Source: Candidatus Sumerlaeaceae bacterium (lineage in GTDB: Bacteria; Sumerlaeota; Sumerlaeia; Sumerlaeales; Sumerlaeaceae). Taken from it: 64,000 nt of DNA. How positions within the stretch are numbered: the stretch's first letter is position 1; each line of letters starts with the position of its first letter. This document shows, piece by piece, positions 8,313 through 18,015 of the stretch. The stretch is taken from the NCBI GenBank assembly GCA_049968255.1, contig JBMFRB010000001.1, positions 160,001 through 224,000 of the forward strand, written 5' to 3'. Under the pieces are notes generated by a model. That model made no database searches. It saw only the letters and a list, made by a program, of their open reading frames with translations, and was not told the origin of the DNA. Position numbers and translations under genes: made by a program.

Positions 8313-10619
8313 ATGACTATTGAACTTATTAACATATTGCTTGGCAAAGGTTGTGTCGTAGCTCTCGCGCTTATTCTGTGCAGCGTTGCGACACCGTTGG
8401 AGCTATGGGCCAGCCTGGGCACCCCAGTCCAGGTGCAGTTGCCGGATGTGGCACGGAAAATCGAGGACGTTGGACCAGGAGTACGCCACATTCACGAGTT
8501 CCTCACGAGCGGCCCCGTCAATATTCACGTCCTAGAAATTGATTTAGAAACTAGTGGTCTCTACCTAACCCCTCAGTTTGGAAAAGGACGATTATTTACT
8601 GGCGCGAAAGTGCAAGAGATGGCGCTCGCGTCTGAGCGCGACGACAGGCACGTCATTGGGGCGGTTAATGCGGATTTTTGGAAGAATTCTCCGAAGCTTT
8701 TCACGCCTGTCAATTTGACCGTCCTCGACGGGATGGTGGCCCGCTTGCCCAATGCCCCAGCCCCACGGGCAATTTTTGCGAAGACCTTGTCGGGGCGCTA
8801 TGTCATGGTGGCCGCTCCAGCAAGCCTTACCCTCACCGCAAATGGCAGGCGACTTGGGCAAGTCAAGTTGAACGAGCCCTTCACATCGAGCAGTGCAGTG
8901 ATTTACAATCGTCATTACGGCGGTGAAATCTCCCTTACGCGCTTTGCTAGGGCGTACGAGCTGGAGCTTGTTTCGCCGCGGTTCATTCCGAACGAGCCGG
9001 CTGTGGCCAGGGTTGTGCGAAAGCTCGAGGAGTCGACAGTCACAGTGTCGGGAAGAACCCTTGTGCTCGGGCTCCATCGGGATGCTGCGCGGCAACTTCC
9101 GCGCCTTTCGACCGAGGCATTGGTGAGGCTGGATTTGCGTATTCCGCACGTGAAGGAGCCTCTTGAATTTGCGGTTGGGGGAGGCCCCTTGTTAGTGCGC
9201 GACGGGCGTCCTTTCATCGATTGGCGTGAGGAAAAAATCCTTAAGAGTTTTGTGGAGAACCAGCACCCACGAACTGCAGTCGGCGTCTCGAGAGATGGCA
9301 AAAAGTTGTACCTCGTCACGGTGGACGGGCGTCAGCCGGCTGTGAGCATCGGGATGAGTCTTTATGAACTTGCTCAGTATCTTCGTGCCCTAGGATGCTG
9401 GACAGCGATGAACTTCGACGGAGGAGGCTCGACGACGATGGTGGTGCGCGGGGAGGTGGTGAACAAACCAAGCGACCGTTTGGGCCCCCGGTCGGTGGGG
9501 AACGGGCTGCTGGTGATGCATGAGGGCCCAGCTGGGCCCCTGACTCGCCTGGAGCTATTGCCTCGCCTCGCTCCGCTTCGGGTTCCCGCAGGCACACAAT
9601 TGACGCTAGAATGCCGCGGGTGCGATGCCCAAGGCAATACCGTTGAACTTTCTCCAAGCCGAATCCGGTGGATCACCGAGTATGGAGTAGGGTCACTTGA
9701 CCCTCATGGAACAACCTGCACACTAACCGCAGCCACAAATGCTTGCACAGGCACGCTCACTGTTGTTTACGAGTTGCCGTCTGGAAAACAGCTTAGTGCT
9801 GCCGCAACGGTAAGCGTCCAGCGCGTGACCTCGTTGGTATTCGAACCTTCGCCTATCTTACTCTCTGCCGGCGAGCAGCTCGTGCCTAAAATCGAGGCCA
9901 AAACAGCGGAAGGGCCACTCGATTTGACGTTCTCGATGCTCCGTTATTTCACGACCGACCCAAACGTAACGGTAACAAAACATGGTATAAAAGGGCTCCG
10001 GCGCGGAGAAGGTTGTTTGGAAATCGAGTTTGGCACTTATCGGACGGAAGTCCCTTATTATGTGGATCATGTCACGACGCGTATGGTTTGCAGCTTCGAT
10101 CGAGCTACCACAGCGCGCCTCCAAGGAACACGATTCGATCTCCGCAAATCACAAGTGTGTTTAGACCAAATGCGTCAGCGCGAGGGACGCGGCTGCCTGG
10201 CGTGGCAATACGCAATGACGAAAGGCGGAACGAGCAAAATCATCTTGCCTGTGAGTTGGGAGATTGAAGGCCGGCCATCGAAACTCTCGCTCTGGATATG
10301 GGGCGACGGCAAAGAAGCATGGCTACGAGGCGAGGTTGTTGACGCAGCTGGCAAACATTTCCTTCTTGATTTTACCGAGGGAAGTGTCGGCATCACGTGG
10401 AAGAATCAGTGGAAGCAGGTTATTGTTCCGCTGCACACGCTCGCGCCGCGCCCATCAAATCCGGGCGCAAAACCCCAATTCCCGATCAAAGTTACCCAAC
10501 TCTACTTGGCCCAGGACCAGGAAGCGCTCAAGGCCAGTGGGTTGATTCTCCTTGATGCGTTCGAAGCATTGTCCCCGCCAGAAAATTCACCCTTGAAATG
10601 CGGTGGAAGCGGCCGTTGA
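8313..10619 (+). CDS. Exported phosphodiester glycosidase (NAGPA family) with Ig-like and C-terminal CBM11/CIA30-like domains
   Basis: GAVNADFW, AVGGGPLLV, HPRTAVG, VTVDGRQ, AMNFDGGGSTTM; C-terminal LSLWIWGDG...TWKNQWKQVIVPL. Confidence 0.85.
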   Translation: MTIELINILLGKGCVVALALILCSVATPLELWASLGTPVQVQLPDVARKIEDVGPGVRHIHEFLTSGPVNIHVLEIDLETSGLYLTPQFGKGRLFTGAKVQEMALASERDDRHVIGAVNADFWKNSPKLFTPVNLTVLDGMVARLPNAPAPRAIFAKTLSGRYVMVAAPASLTLTANGRRLGQVKLNEPFTSSSAVIYNRHYGGEISLTRFARAYELELVSPRFIPNEPAVARVVRKLEESTVTVSGRTLVLGLHRDAARQLPRLSTEALVRLDLRIPHVKEPLEFAVGGGPLLVRDGRPFIDWREEKILKSFVENQHPRTAVGVSRDGKKLYLVTVDGRQPAVSIGMSLYELAQYLRALGCWTAMNFDGGGSTTMVVRGEVVNKPSDRLGPRSVGNGLLVMHEGPAGPLTRLELLPRLAPLRVPAGTQLTLECRGCDAQGNTVELSPSRIRWITEYGVGSLDPHGTTCTLTAATNACTGTLTVVYELPSGKQLSAAATVSVQRVTSLVFEPSPILLSAGEQLVPKIEAKTAEGPLDLTFSMLRYFTTDPNVTVTKHGIKGLRRGEGCLEIEFGTYRTEVPYYVDHVTTRMVCSFDRATTARLQGTRFDLRKSQVCLDQMRQREGRGCLAWQYAMTKGGTSKIILPVSWEIEGRPSKLSLWIWGDGKEAWLRGEVVDAAGKHFLLDFTEGSVGITWKNQWKQVIVPLHTLAPRPSNPGAKPQFPIKVTQLYLAQDQEALKASGLILLDAFEALSPPENSPLKCGGSGR

Positions 10620-10676
10620 TAAATTTACTAACGCATAAATTTTGAAAGCTTTTCGTGTGGAAACAACGGGTGACCT

Positions 10677-11468
10677 GTGAGACTGATCCGCCCCGAACGA
10701 ATTGAAGAACTTATGCAGTTTCTGACGCGCTACAATCTGCCCATGCAGAATCTCGACTTGCTGGATCAGTCGCTCACACACGCAAGCTACGCCTTCGAGC
10801 ACCAATTGCCTTACAACAATGAACGCCTTGAGTTTCTGGGAGATGCAGTGCTTGGGCTCATCGTCAGCGAATATCTCTACAAGGAATTCCCACATTCCTC
10901 GGAGGGGGTGCTCTCAAAACAGAAAGCGGCGATCGTGAGCCGGCCGGTTCTGGGCAAGCGAGCATTGGAAATGGGGATTGGGAAGCTCCTCCTTCTTGGG
11001 CGTGGTGAGGAACAAAGTGGCGGACGTGAACGGCCTATCCTTCTCGGGTCTGCGCTGGAAGCAGTCGTCGGGGCGCTGTATCTTGAACTCGGGATCTCAA
11101 AAATCACGCCTTGGCTCATCAAAGAAGTTTTTGAACCAGGCAGGCAGCTTTCCCATACTGACGAATTTAGCGATTTCAAATCGCTGCTTCAGGAATACGT
11201 TCAGAAGACGTTTCAAACCGTGCCTGAGTATGAGCTAGTGAGCGAAAGTGGCCCGGACCACAACAAACAGTTTGAGGTTGTGGTCAAAATCGCAGGAAAG
11301 GTCTACGGCCAAGGCGTGGGACATCGAAAAAAAGTGGCAGAGAACCAAGCCGCTATGCGTGCTTATTGGTCCCTCATTCACCCCCTACACCTCATTCCTC
11401 CAGAGGATGTTCCCCAAACTCATCATGCAGAAACACAAGTCGAACGGCACGCCCCCCAATCTGAATAA
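10677..11468 (+). CDS. rnc: Ribonuclease III
   Basis: NNERLEFLGDAVLGL signature; dsRBD DFKSLLQEY...GPDHNKQF. Confidence 0.97.
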   Translation: MRLIRPERIEELMQFLTRYNLPMQNLDLLDQSLTHASYAFEHQLPYNNERLEFLGDAVLGLIVSEYLYKEFPHSSEGVLSKQKAAIVSRPVLGKRALEMGIGKLLLLGRGEEQSGGRERPILLGSALEAVVGALYLELGISKITPWLIKEVFEPGRQLSHTDEFSDFKSLLQEYVQKTFQTVPEYELVSESGPDHNKQFEVVVKIAGKVYGQGVGHRKKVAENQAAMRAYWSLIHPLHLIPPEDVPQTHHAETQVERHAPQSE

Positions 11469-11487
11469 CGTTGGCTTCTTTTTACTT

Positions 11488-14400
11488 TTAGTTGGACTTA
11501 GCCTTCACAGTTTCGAGTAGTTTTTTTACGTCAGGGTCGGTCGGATAGGTCCGGGCAAGATTGTTCGCAATAACCGAAACATAGTCCCACTGACCTGCTG
11601 CTTTTAAATAATCGGCCGCCCGCAGGCCCTCATCGAGTTTTAGCAAGACGCTGCTATCAGCTCGAACCAGATTCGCCAATTGCGCACTTCCCAGTGCCAC
11701 GGGGCCGAGAAGAAGCGTTCGCAAGCGCTGGCGATAGTACCAAAATTCAGCGCTCCCCTGCTCGACCCAACGAAGAGACCGGGGCGAATTTGCACGTAAG
11801 CCTAATTCATAGCGGAGTACGTCCAGCTCTGGGTCTCGCACTTCGGAGGACAGGAGCAAGCGATCTGCCAAGCCTAATGCGTCTGTAGTTTCTCCGCCAG
11901 CAGCGAGTAACTCAAGACGGAACCGCTGGTAGACCGGATTCTTTTCCAGAAGTGGCGCAAGCTCATCCGCGAGCGCTCTTGCAAGGCGGTAGCGCGACTC
12001 GAACCACCGCCGCGCTTCCGGCGTCGTGGTGGCCACATCAAGTGCGGGAGGCGGCCAAAGGGCTTCCTTCAGGTACAGGCGGGCTTTGGCAAACTGCACA
12101 CTCCAGTGCTCACCGACGACGTCGGATATTTTGTTCAGCGAACGCCAGGCCTGAGAGAAGCGCCCGCGTCGAGCTGCGTCGTCCACCGGTAGCAAAAAGC
12201 GACGCGTCCCGAAATCAGGATCGACTTCGAAAATTCGACGCCGGAGTGCTCGCGCACGCTCATAGTTGGGCGGCTGTTGCTCCTCGTAGACGTCGGCAAG
12301 TTCTTGGAGGGAGGCCACATCAGCGTTGTTGAGGCCTACTGCCTGCTCGAAGGCCCGTCGCGCTGATTCAAGATACTCAGATCTCTCAGGGTAAAGCTTG
12401 GCAAGGAGGTGGTAGGCCTGACCTATAAGATAGTAGGTGTAATGATAGCGAAGTTCACCACGCTCCATAGCCAAGTTGGCGTACTCGACGGCCGAGGTAA
12501 GAGCGCGGGTGGCATTGAGGCGGATTGCTTCGGCCGCTTTTTTGTGCGAAGGATCATCGCGAAGCTCGAGCCAAAGCGCCGAGTCAAAACTTCCTGATAG
12601 GAGCTGGGCCGCGGCAAGCCCCTCCATAGCTGCACCGTTAAACACATTGATCTTAACTGCTCTTCGATAAAGTTCTTTTGCATTATCAAGAGCCTGATAC
12701 TTTGCCCCTCCGGGTAGCGTTGCAAGCGACTGCGCCGTGCTCACCCAATTGCTGGCGTCGCGCAGAAGGGTGTCCGAAATGAACTCACGGAGAAGAAGCT
12801 CAAAGGCCAGCGGCGAGGCCAGCCATGCTGACACGACTGCGACCAAACTCAAAACCAAGCTCGGACGAAAGTTGCTCGCTGGTTCGATATGAAATGTTCG
12901 ACTTTCTTGCTCGGCAGACCCAGCATCCGTCTCATTTGTGAGCGCAGCTAGTGCAGAGCGACGTGGGGCGCAACTCGCTCCTCGCCCAAGCTGCGACGTC
13001 GGCTGTAGGACACGAGTTGCCCCGGCATACGAAAGAGCAAGGCTCGTGACAGCGGTAAAAGCGAGGGGATGCACGTGGAACGGAAAATCAAAAAAGGCGT
13101 GCACGGCTATGGCCGCGGTGGGTGCGATGAGCCCGGTGAGAAGGATTTTTTCCTTTTCCCACGGCAACGCGCGATAAGCGCGGCGCACGCGCCGTAGCAC
13201 AAGGACCAAAGACGTAAGGAGCAAAGCCGTGCCGATAAAACCAGTCTCAACTACAAGCTGTAGATAATCATTGTGGGCGACATCGGTGCGCCGAACTGTC
13301 GTGCCGAGGATCGAGTCAGGATGCCGCAGAAAGTATTCGCCGTGGGCCGGCGGATAGACATACTGAAAGGCCCCCAAGCCGTGACCGATCAGGGGCGACT
13401 TGACAACGAGCGGAACCGACACAACAAAGATGCGGAGTCTGGTTTCCTTGGCTAGCTGAGCTGGACTAAAGTCGCGCCGCAGGCGTTCGGAAAGCCTCAC
13501 TGCATGGCGGGCGAGAGGATTTACCGAAGGGGCAATACTTTGGACGGCGGCGAAAAGAAAAAGGATCGCTATCGCAGCGAGCAGAAACGTGCTTAGGCGG
13601 ACGCGAGCTCCTACTCCGCGCAGAAGCACTGCCGACTGCGCTATGACCATAACCGTGCCAATCGCCCAAATCGCACGGCTCTGCGCCGCAACTAAAACAA
13701 ACAGAACTAACATGACCGACAGGGCAATGAAAAGACGCGTAAGGCGCCGGCGAGCGATGAACCAAAGCGAAACCGAAAAACTGAGCGGGAAAAGCAAGTA
13801 GGCCGACAGCCCGGTATTGTGACCGATGAGCGAGCCGACACGGTTGCGAGGATCATCGAAGCGCGGAAGAAACCACCACGCTGCTTCGATGTGCTGAAGA
13901 AAAGAAATGAAACTTATGAGGCACCCTGCGAGGGCAACGGCGACCATGAACTTTTGGATCTCGGACCAGCTGGGTGAAAGAACAGAAATGACCCACGCGC
14001 TCCCGAGAACGAGAGCGCAGAGAAGGAGAGTCCAAAGCGAGTGATGGGGAGTCGGTGACCAGAGAAAGACAGAGATTGCAGCAAAGAGAAGAAATCCGCC
14101 AGCCCAGAAGAATGGGTGAGCAAGTAAGGAACGGAGCTTTGTTTGCGGATTCTTGCCTGAGACCGAAAATTGGTTTTGTTCAGCGGATTGTACACTTATT
14201 GTTCGCAGAAGGTAAAGCAAAAAGAAACACATTGAAGCGACTAAAAAAACGCTGCTAACACATTCTTTGATGACGAGTGGGGCATGGTTGAATGCAATAA
14301 TCGAACGGAGCTGTCCAAGATACAGGTTACCCCAGGCGTCGCGATGTTCGTCAGCACTGGCATCAAGCTGCGCCAAAAGGATGTTCGGGATCCGCAACGG

Positions 14401-14514
14401 GTAGACGAGCGCCGTGCTGAGCAGTGCAGCGAGAAGGCATACAAGGACAAAACGCCTGAGAAAGGAGTTCTCTTGTTTGACGTGTGCGATAAAGCGTGAG
14501 TTTAGTGTTGCCAT
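11488..14514 (-). CDS. O-antigen ligase / O-oligosaccharyltransferase-like (Wzy_C) membrane protein with large C-terminal TPR region
   Basis: About 12-13 TM segments; QSRA, PLIGHGLGAF, AHNDYLQLVVETG, HAFFDFPFH motifs; about 430 aa helical-repeat C-terminus. Start set at ATG 14514 (RBS AAGGA). Confidence 0.8.
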   Translation of the reverse strand: MATLNSRFIAHVKQENSFLRRFVLVCLLAALLSTALVYPLRIPNILLAQLDASADEHRDAWGNLYLGQLRSIIAFNHAPLVIKECVSSVFLVASMCFFLLYLLRTISVQSAEQNQFSVSGKNPQTKLRSLLAHPFFWAGGFLLFAAISVFLWSPTPHHSLWTLLLCALVLGSAWVISVLSPSWSEIQKFMVAVALAGCLISFISFLQHIEAAWWFLPRFDDPRNRVGSLIGHNTGLSAYLLFPLSFSVSLWFIARRRLTRLFIALSVMLVLFVLVAAQSRAIWAIGTVMVIAQSAVLLRGVGARVRLSTFLLAAIAILFLFAAVQSIAPSVNPLARHAVRLSERLRRDFSPAQLAKETRLRIFVVSVPLVVKSPLIGHGLGAFQYVYPPAHGEYFLRHPDSILGTTVRRTDVAHNDYLQLVVETGFIGTALLLTSLVLVLRRVRRAYRALPWEKEKILLTGLIAPTAAIAVHAFFDFPFHVHPLAFTAVTSLALSYAGATRVLQPTSQLGRGASCAPRRSALAALTNETDAGSAEQESRTFHIEPASNFRPSLVLSLVAVVSAWLASPLAFELLLREFISDTLLRDASNWVSTAQSLATLPGGAKYQALDNAKELYRRAVKINVFNGAAMEGLAAAQLLSGSFDSALWLELRDDPSHKKAAEAIRLNATRALTSAVEYANLAMERGELRYHYTYYLIGQAYHLLAKLYPERSEYLESARRAFEQAVGLNNADVASLQELADVYEEQQPPNYERARALRRRIFEVDPDFGTRRFLLPVDDAARRGRFSQAWRSLNKISDVVGEHWSVQFAKARLYLKEALWPPPALDVATTTPEARRWFESRYRLARALADELAPLLEKNPVYQRFRLELLAAGGETTDALGLADRLLLSSEVRDPELDVLRYELGLRANSPRSLRWVEQGSAEFWYYRQRLRTLLLGPVALGSAQLANLVRADSSVLLKLDEGLRAADYLKAAGQWDYVSVIANNLARTYPTDPDVKKLLETVKAKSN

Positions 14515-14672
14515 GTATTGACGCCTTGTTTCCTTCTTTGCGAAATTCCTGCACTCTACTAGGCTGATTTCAAAAGCATGCAAAATGCCATAAGTATTCT
14601 CGATTGCATTGGCGCAGCTCTCAGTCTGCTCTGGAACATAGACAGTGGCGTAGGAGGAGAATCAAGTAGCTG

Positions 14673-16949
14673 ATGGCCGATGAGGATCCGATCCTTGCGT
14701 CGCTAAATCCGCAGCAGCTTGCAGCAGTCACTGCGCCCGAAGTGCCGTTGCTTATTGTCGCTGGTGCCGGCAGCGGGAAGACGCGTGTTATCACCCGTCG
14801 TATCGCCTACCTCATCCGCGAGTACGGCTACTTTCCCTGGCAAATCTTTGCGGCGACGTTCACGAACAAAGCGGCTAGCGAAATGAAACGCCGTGTTTGC
14901 CAACTCTTGCCGCACGTGCCCGAACAGGACTTACATATCGCGACGTTTCATTCGCTCTGCGCCAAAATCTTACGGCGCGAAATTTCTGCCCTCGGCTATC
15001 CCACAAGCTTTACCATCGCGGACGAGCGCGACCAGCTTTCGGCAGTCAAACACGTCATGCGTGAGCTGGGCATTAGCGACAAGGAGATCAAACCAGCGTT
15101 CGCTCAGGACGTTATCAATCGGTGCAAAATTCGAATGGTTGAACCTCAGGATATTGGGCAGGTGGTGCAGTCTCGCTACGAAGAACAGCTTGCGGCCATT
15201 TACGACGCTTACGTGAAGTACCTCCAGAAGAGCTCTGCACTGGATTTTGAGGACCTTATCCTCATGACCGTGAAGTTGTTTACGGAGCATCCCGACGTTC
15301 TCGAGCGTTATCAGAGACGGTATGCTCACGTGATGGTGGACGAATTCCAGGACATCAATGACAGTCAGTTCGCCCTCGTGCGCCTACTCACGGCGAGCCA
15401 TCATCGGCTCACAGTGGTGGGCGACGAGGATCAAACTATCTATTCGTGGCGCGGCGCTGATATCCGCCATATCCTTGATTTCGACAAGTACTACCCCGAG
15501 CGGCTCGTGGTTCGCCTCGAACAAAACTATCGTTCTAGTGCGAATATCCTTGAAGCAGCGAGTTGCGTGATCGCACACAACACGCAACGCTTCCACAAGA
15601 AGCTTTTCACGGAAGCTCCGCCAGGATATCCGGTCTTGGTTGTGGAAGCGGAAAACGAACGCGAGGAGGCCCAAGCCGTAGCCGAGCTCATTAGGGAAAT
15701 CACGTTGCGCCTACGCATTCCGCCGTCGGAGATCGCTGTGTTCTATCGCATAGCAGCTCTCAGTCGGACCTACGAAGAAAAATTGCGCGAACTTCGCATC
15801 CCCTATCGCGTGTTGGGAGGTGTGCGATTCTATGACCGCGCCGAAGTGAAAGATCTTCTTGCCTATCTGCAGGTGGCGCTGAATCCGCACAACACGCTTT
15901 CGCTTTTACGCATTGTGAACACGCCGAAGCGAGGCTTGGGCGACAAGACCATCGAGAAGCTTTTGCGTGCAGCGCGTGAGCGCAACATTTCTCTGTTTGC
16001 TGCTATGGAGCAAGCAGCTCAAGGCAACATCACCTCGGCCAGTGCCACTGCCGCCTTGCGGGACCTCGTCGCCCAAATTCACACCTGGCACAAACTTGCG
16101 GGCGAGATACTGCCTTCGCAGCTTTTTCAACGCATACGCAGCGACATTCATTACGACGCTTCGTTGGGCGATCCGGAGCAAATGGAAGTGCGAAGTCGCT
16201 TGGAGAATCTCGATGAGCTGTATCGAGGCATTGTCGCTTATGAGGGGGAGACATATGAACCAACTTTGCAAGGCTACTTGGAGAATGTAAGCTTATACAG
16301 CCCCAGCGACGAGCTTCGGGATGGCGAAGAGACGGCAACGCTGATGACCCTTCACACAGCGAAAGGGCTAGAATTTCGCTGCGTTTTCATCGTGGGATGC
16401 AATGAAGGCTTGCTGCCGCACGGGCGTGCGGCGGAAGAAGGAAGAGTGGAAGAGGAGCGACGGCTGTTTTACGTGGGCATGACGCGTGCGCGTGAGCTGC
16501 TTGTGCTCACTCACTGCAGCCACCGCGTTTACTATGGTGAACCACGTTACGATGTGCCGTCGCCGTTCCTGGGGGAACTTCCCGCGAAAGGAGTCCACCG
16601 ACTCGATGCGTCGCGCACCGATTTGGCCCGCCTCATCCACAGCCTGGGGCAGAGTGCGAGAGTTGTTAGCGATTTGCAACCAGCGCACGAGACTGCAGAA
16701 GAACAAAGATTCCAGCTGCCCCTTTCGAGTAAGCCAGCATCGCAAGGCCCTATTCCTTCTGCGTTGACGGAAGGGACATTTGCGCGCGATCATTTGATAG
16801 GCAAGCGGGTCCGGCATCCCCTCATTGGCGAAGGGGTCGTTGTGGAAATGGGGGGGACAGGGCGAAATCGCTGGTACATTGTCGAAACCAGTGATGGCTC
16901 TCGCACGAAGTTCCTTGCGCGATTCGCAAAACTCGAGGTATGCGAATGA
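14673..16949 (+). CDS. pcrA: ATP-dependent DNA helicase PcrA/UvrD
   Basis: AGAGSGKT, TFTNKAA, VDEFQD, VGDEDQTIYSWRGA, LEQNYRS, FYVGMTRA, C-terminal Tudor-like domain. RBS AGGAGG. Confidence 0.95.
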   Translation: MADEDPILASLNPQQLAAVTAPEVPLLIVAGAGSGKTRVITRRIAYLIREYGYFPWQIFAATFTNKAASEMKRRVCQLLPHVPEQDLHIATFHSLCAKILRREISALGYPTSFTIADERDQLSAVKHVMRELGISDKEIKPAFAQDVINRCKIRMVEPQDIGQVVQSRYEEQLAAIYDAYVKYLQKSSALDFEDLILMTVKLFTEHPDVLERYQRRYAHVMVDEFQDINDSQFALVRLLTASHHRLTVVGDEDQTIYSWRGADIRHILDFDKYYPERLVVRLEQNYRSSANILEAASCVIAHNTQRFHKKLFTEAPPGYPVLVVEAENEREEAQAVAELIREITLRLRIPPSEIAVFYRIAALSRTYEEKLRELRIPYRVLGGVRFYDRAEVKDLLAYLQVALNPHNTLSLLRIVNTPKRGLGDKTIEKLLRAARERNISLFAAMEQAAQGNITSASATAALRDLVAQIHTWHKLAGEILPSQLFQRIRSDIHYDASLGDPEQMEVRSRLENLDELYRGIVAYEGETYEPTLQGYLENVSLYSPSDELRDGEETATLMTLHTAKGLEFRCVFIVGCNEGLLPHGRAAEEGRVEEERRLFYVGMTRARELLVLTHCSHRVYYGEPRYDVPSPFLGELPAKGVHRLDASRTDLARLIHSLGQSARVVSDLQPAHETAEEQRFQLPLSSKPASQGPIPSALTEGTFARDHLIGKRVRHPLIGEGVVVEMGGTGRNRWYIVETSDGSRTKFLARFAKLEVCE

Positions 16950-17374
16950 CAAAGCGGCCTCCCCTAATTTTGATTGCCGATGACGTGCGAGAAATTCGCG
17001 ACCTCATGCGGTGGACGTTGCAGCGAAGCTATGATGTGATCGTGGCACGGAATGGAGAAGAGGCATGGGAATTGTTTAATGCCTATGAGCCCGATCTCGT
17101 GATTAGCGATGTCGTTATGCCGCGCATCAACGGCCTCGATTTAGTCAAAAAGATAAAATTGCAGTCCTCTCGGCCAGAAACGCCGGTAGTGCTTGTGACC
17201 GCGGTGACCCAAGACAGAGAACTGCCCGACGCGTTCTGGCAGGGCTTTGCCGGAAGCGATGGGTACATCACTAAGCCTTTCACACCACACCAGGTTCTGG
17301 CCATCGTCCAAAAACTTCTGAAGAATCACTCAGGCGAAGAAACTGCAGTCAGGGAAGACAAGACGGACGCATGA
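16946..17374 (+). CDS. Stand-alone response regulator receiver protein
   Basis: ILIADD, ISDVVMP (phospho-Asp), LVTA, YITKPF. ATGA overlap with pcrA. Confidence 0.9.
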   Translation: MTKRPPLILIADDVREIRDLMRWTLQRSYDVIVARNGEEAWELFNAYEPDLVISDVVMPRINGLDLVKKIKLQSSRPETPVVLVTAVTQDRELPDAFWQGFAGSDGYITKPFTPHQVLAIVQKLLKNHSGEETAVREDKTDA

Positions 17375-18015
17375 TCCTATTAGGCAAAAGGGGGTGGTTT
17401 CTTGTGGGAGTGTGCCTAGCCTTTGCGTTCGTGCTGGCAAGCTGCAAAGTTGGCCCACCCAAAGGCGTGACAGCTTTTGTTATTGAGGACTCCACAGAGT
17501 TTGCCTCAGCGATGCTCCTTTATCCCAAATCCGAAGAGTACCGTCTACCGTTGAAGCTCAAATATGTGGACACGAACACCTTTCAAACAACCGCGAGTCT
17601 AGCGCCCGGACTTTACACCCTTGTGGTGCGAACAGAGATGGGACGCTACACGAAAATTCCTGTCGAAATTGAGAGCGGCAAACAACTCTATCACGTGAGT
17701 CTTGGCCCTTCGATCGCGGACGAGAGCAACGCAAGCGAAACCACAGGACAGCACAAGCTGCGCGGCAAACTCTACGTTAGCCAAGGGCAGATGCCCAGCG
17801 AGGTCGTGGCGATTTTTGCCGATCGTGACATCGTGGTGCGGCGGGCGAACGTTCAGAGTGATGGTCGTTTCGAGCTGGAGGCACCGCGCAACGGCGTATT
17901 CTGGATCGAGCTTTTTGCTTTTACATCGGACGGCAAGCAATGGAAATGGGAGAAACGCATAGACCTGAGCAAGAATCAGGAGGTGCCGTTAGTAGCCTTG
18001 CGCGCGCTCGAATAA
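17371..18015 (+). CDS. Lipoprotein with two beta-sandwich (carboxypeptidase-regulatory-like) domains
   Basis: Lipobox LASC after a hydrophobic signal; ANVQSDGRFELEAP pattern. Confidence 0.65.
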   Translation: MILLGKRGWFLVGVCLAFAFVLASCKVGPPKGVTAFVIEDSTEFASAMLLYPKSEEYRLPLKLKYVDTNTFQTTASLAPGLYTLVVRTEMGRYTKIPVEIESGKQLYHVSLGPSIADESNASETTGQHKLRGKLYVSQGQMPSEVVAIFADRDIVVRRANVQSDGRFELEAPRNGVFWIELFAFTSDGKQWKWEKRIDLSKNQEVPLVALRALE

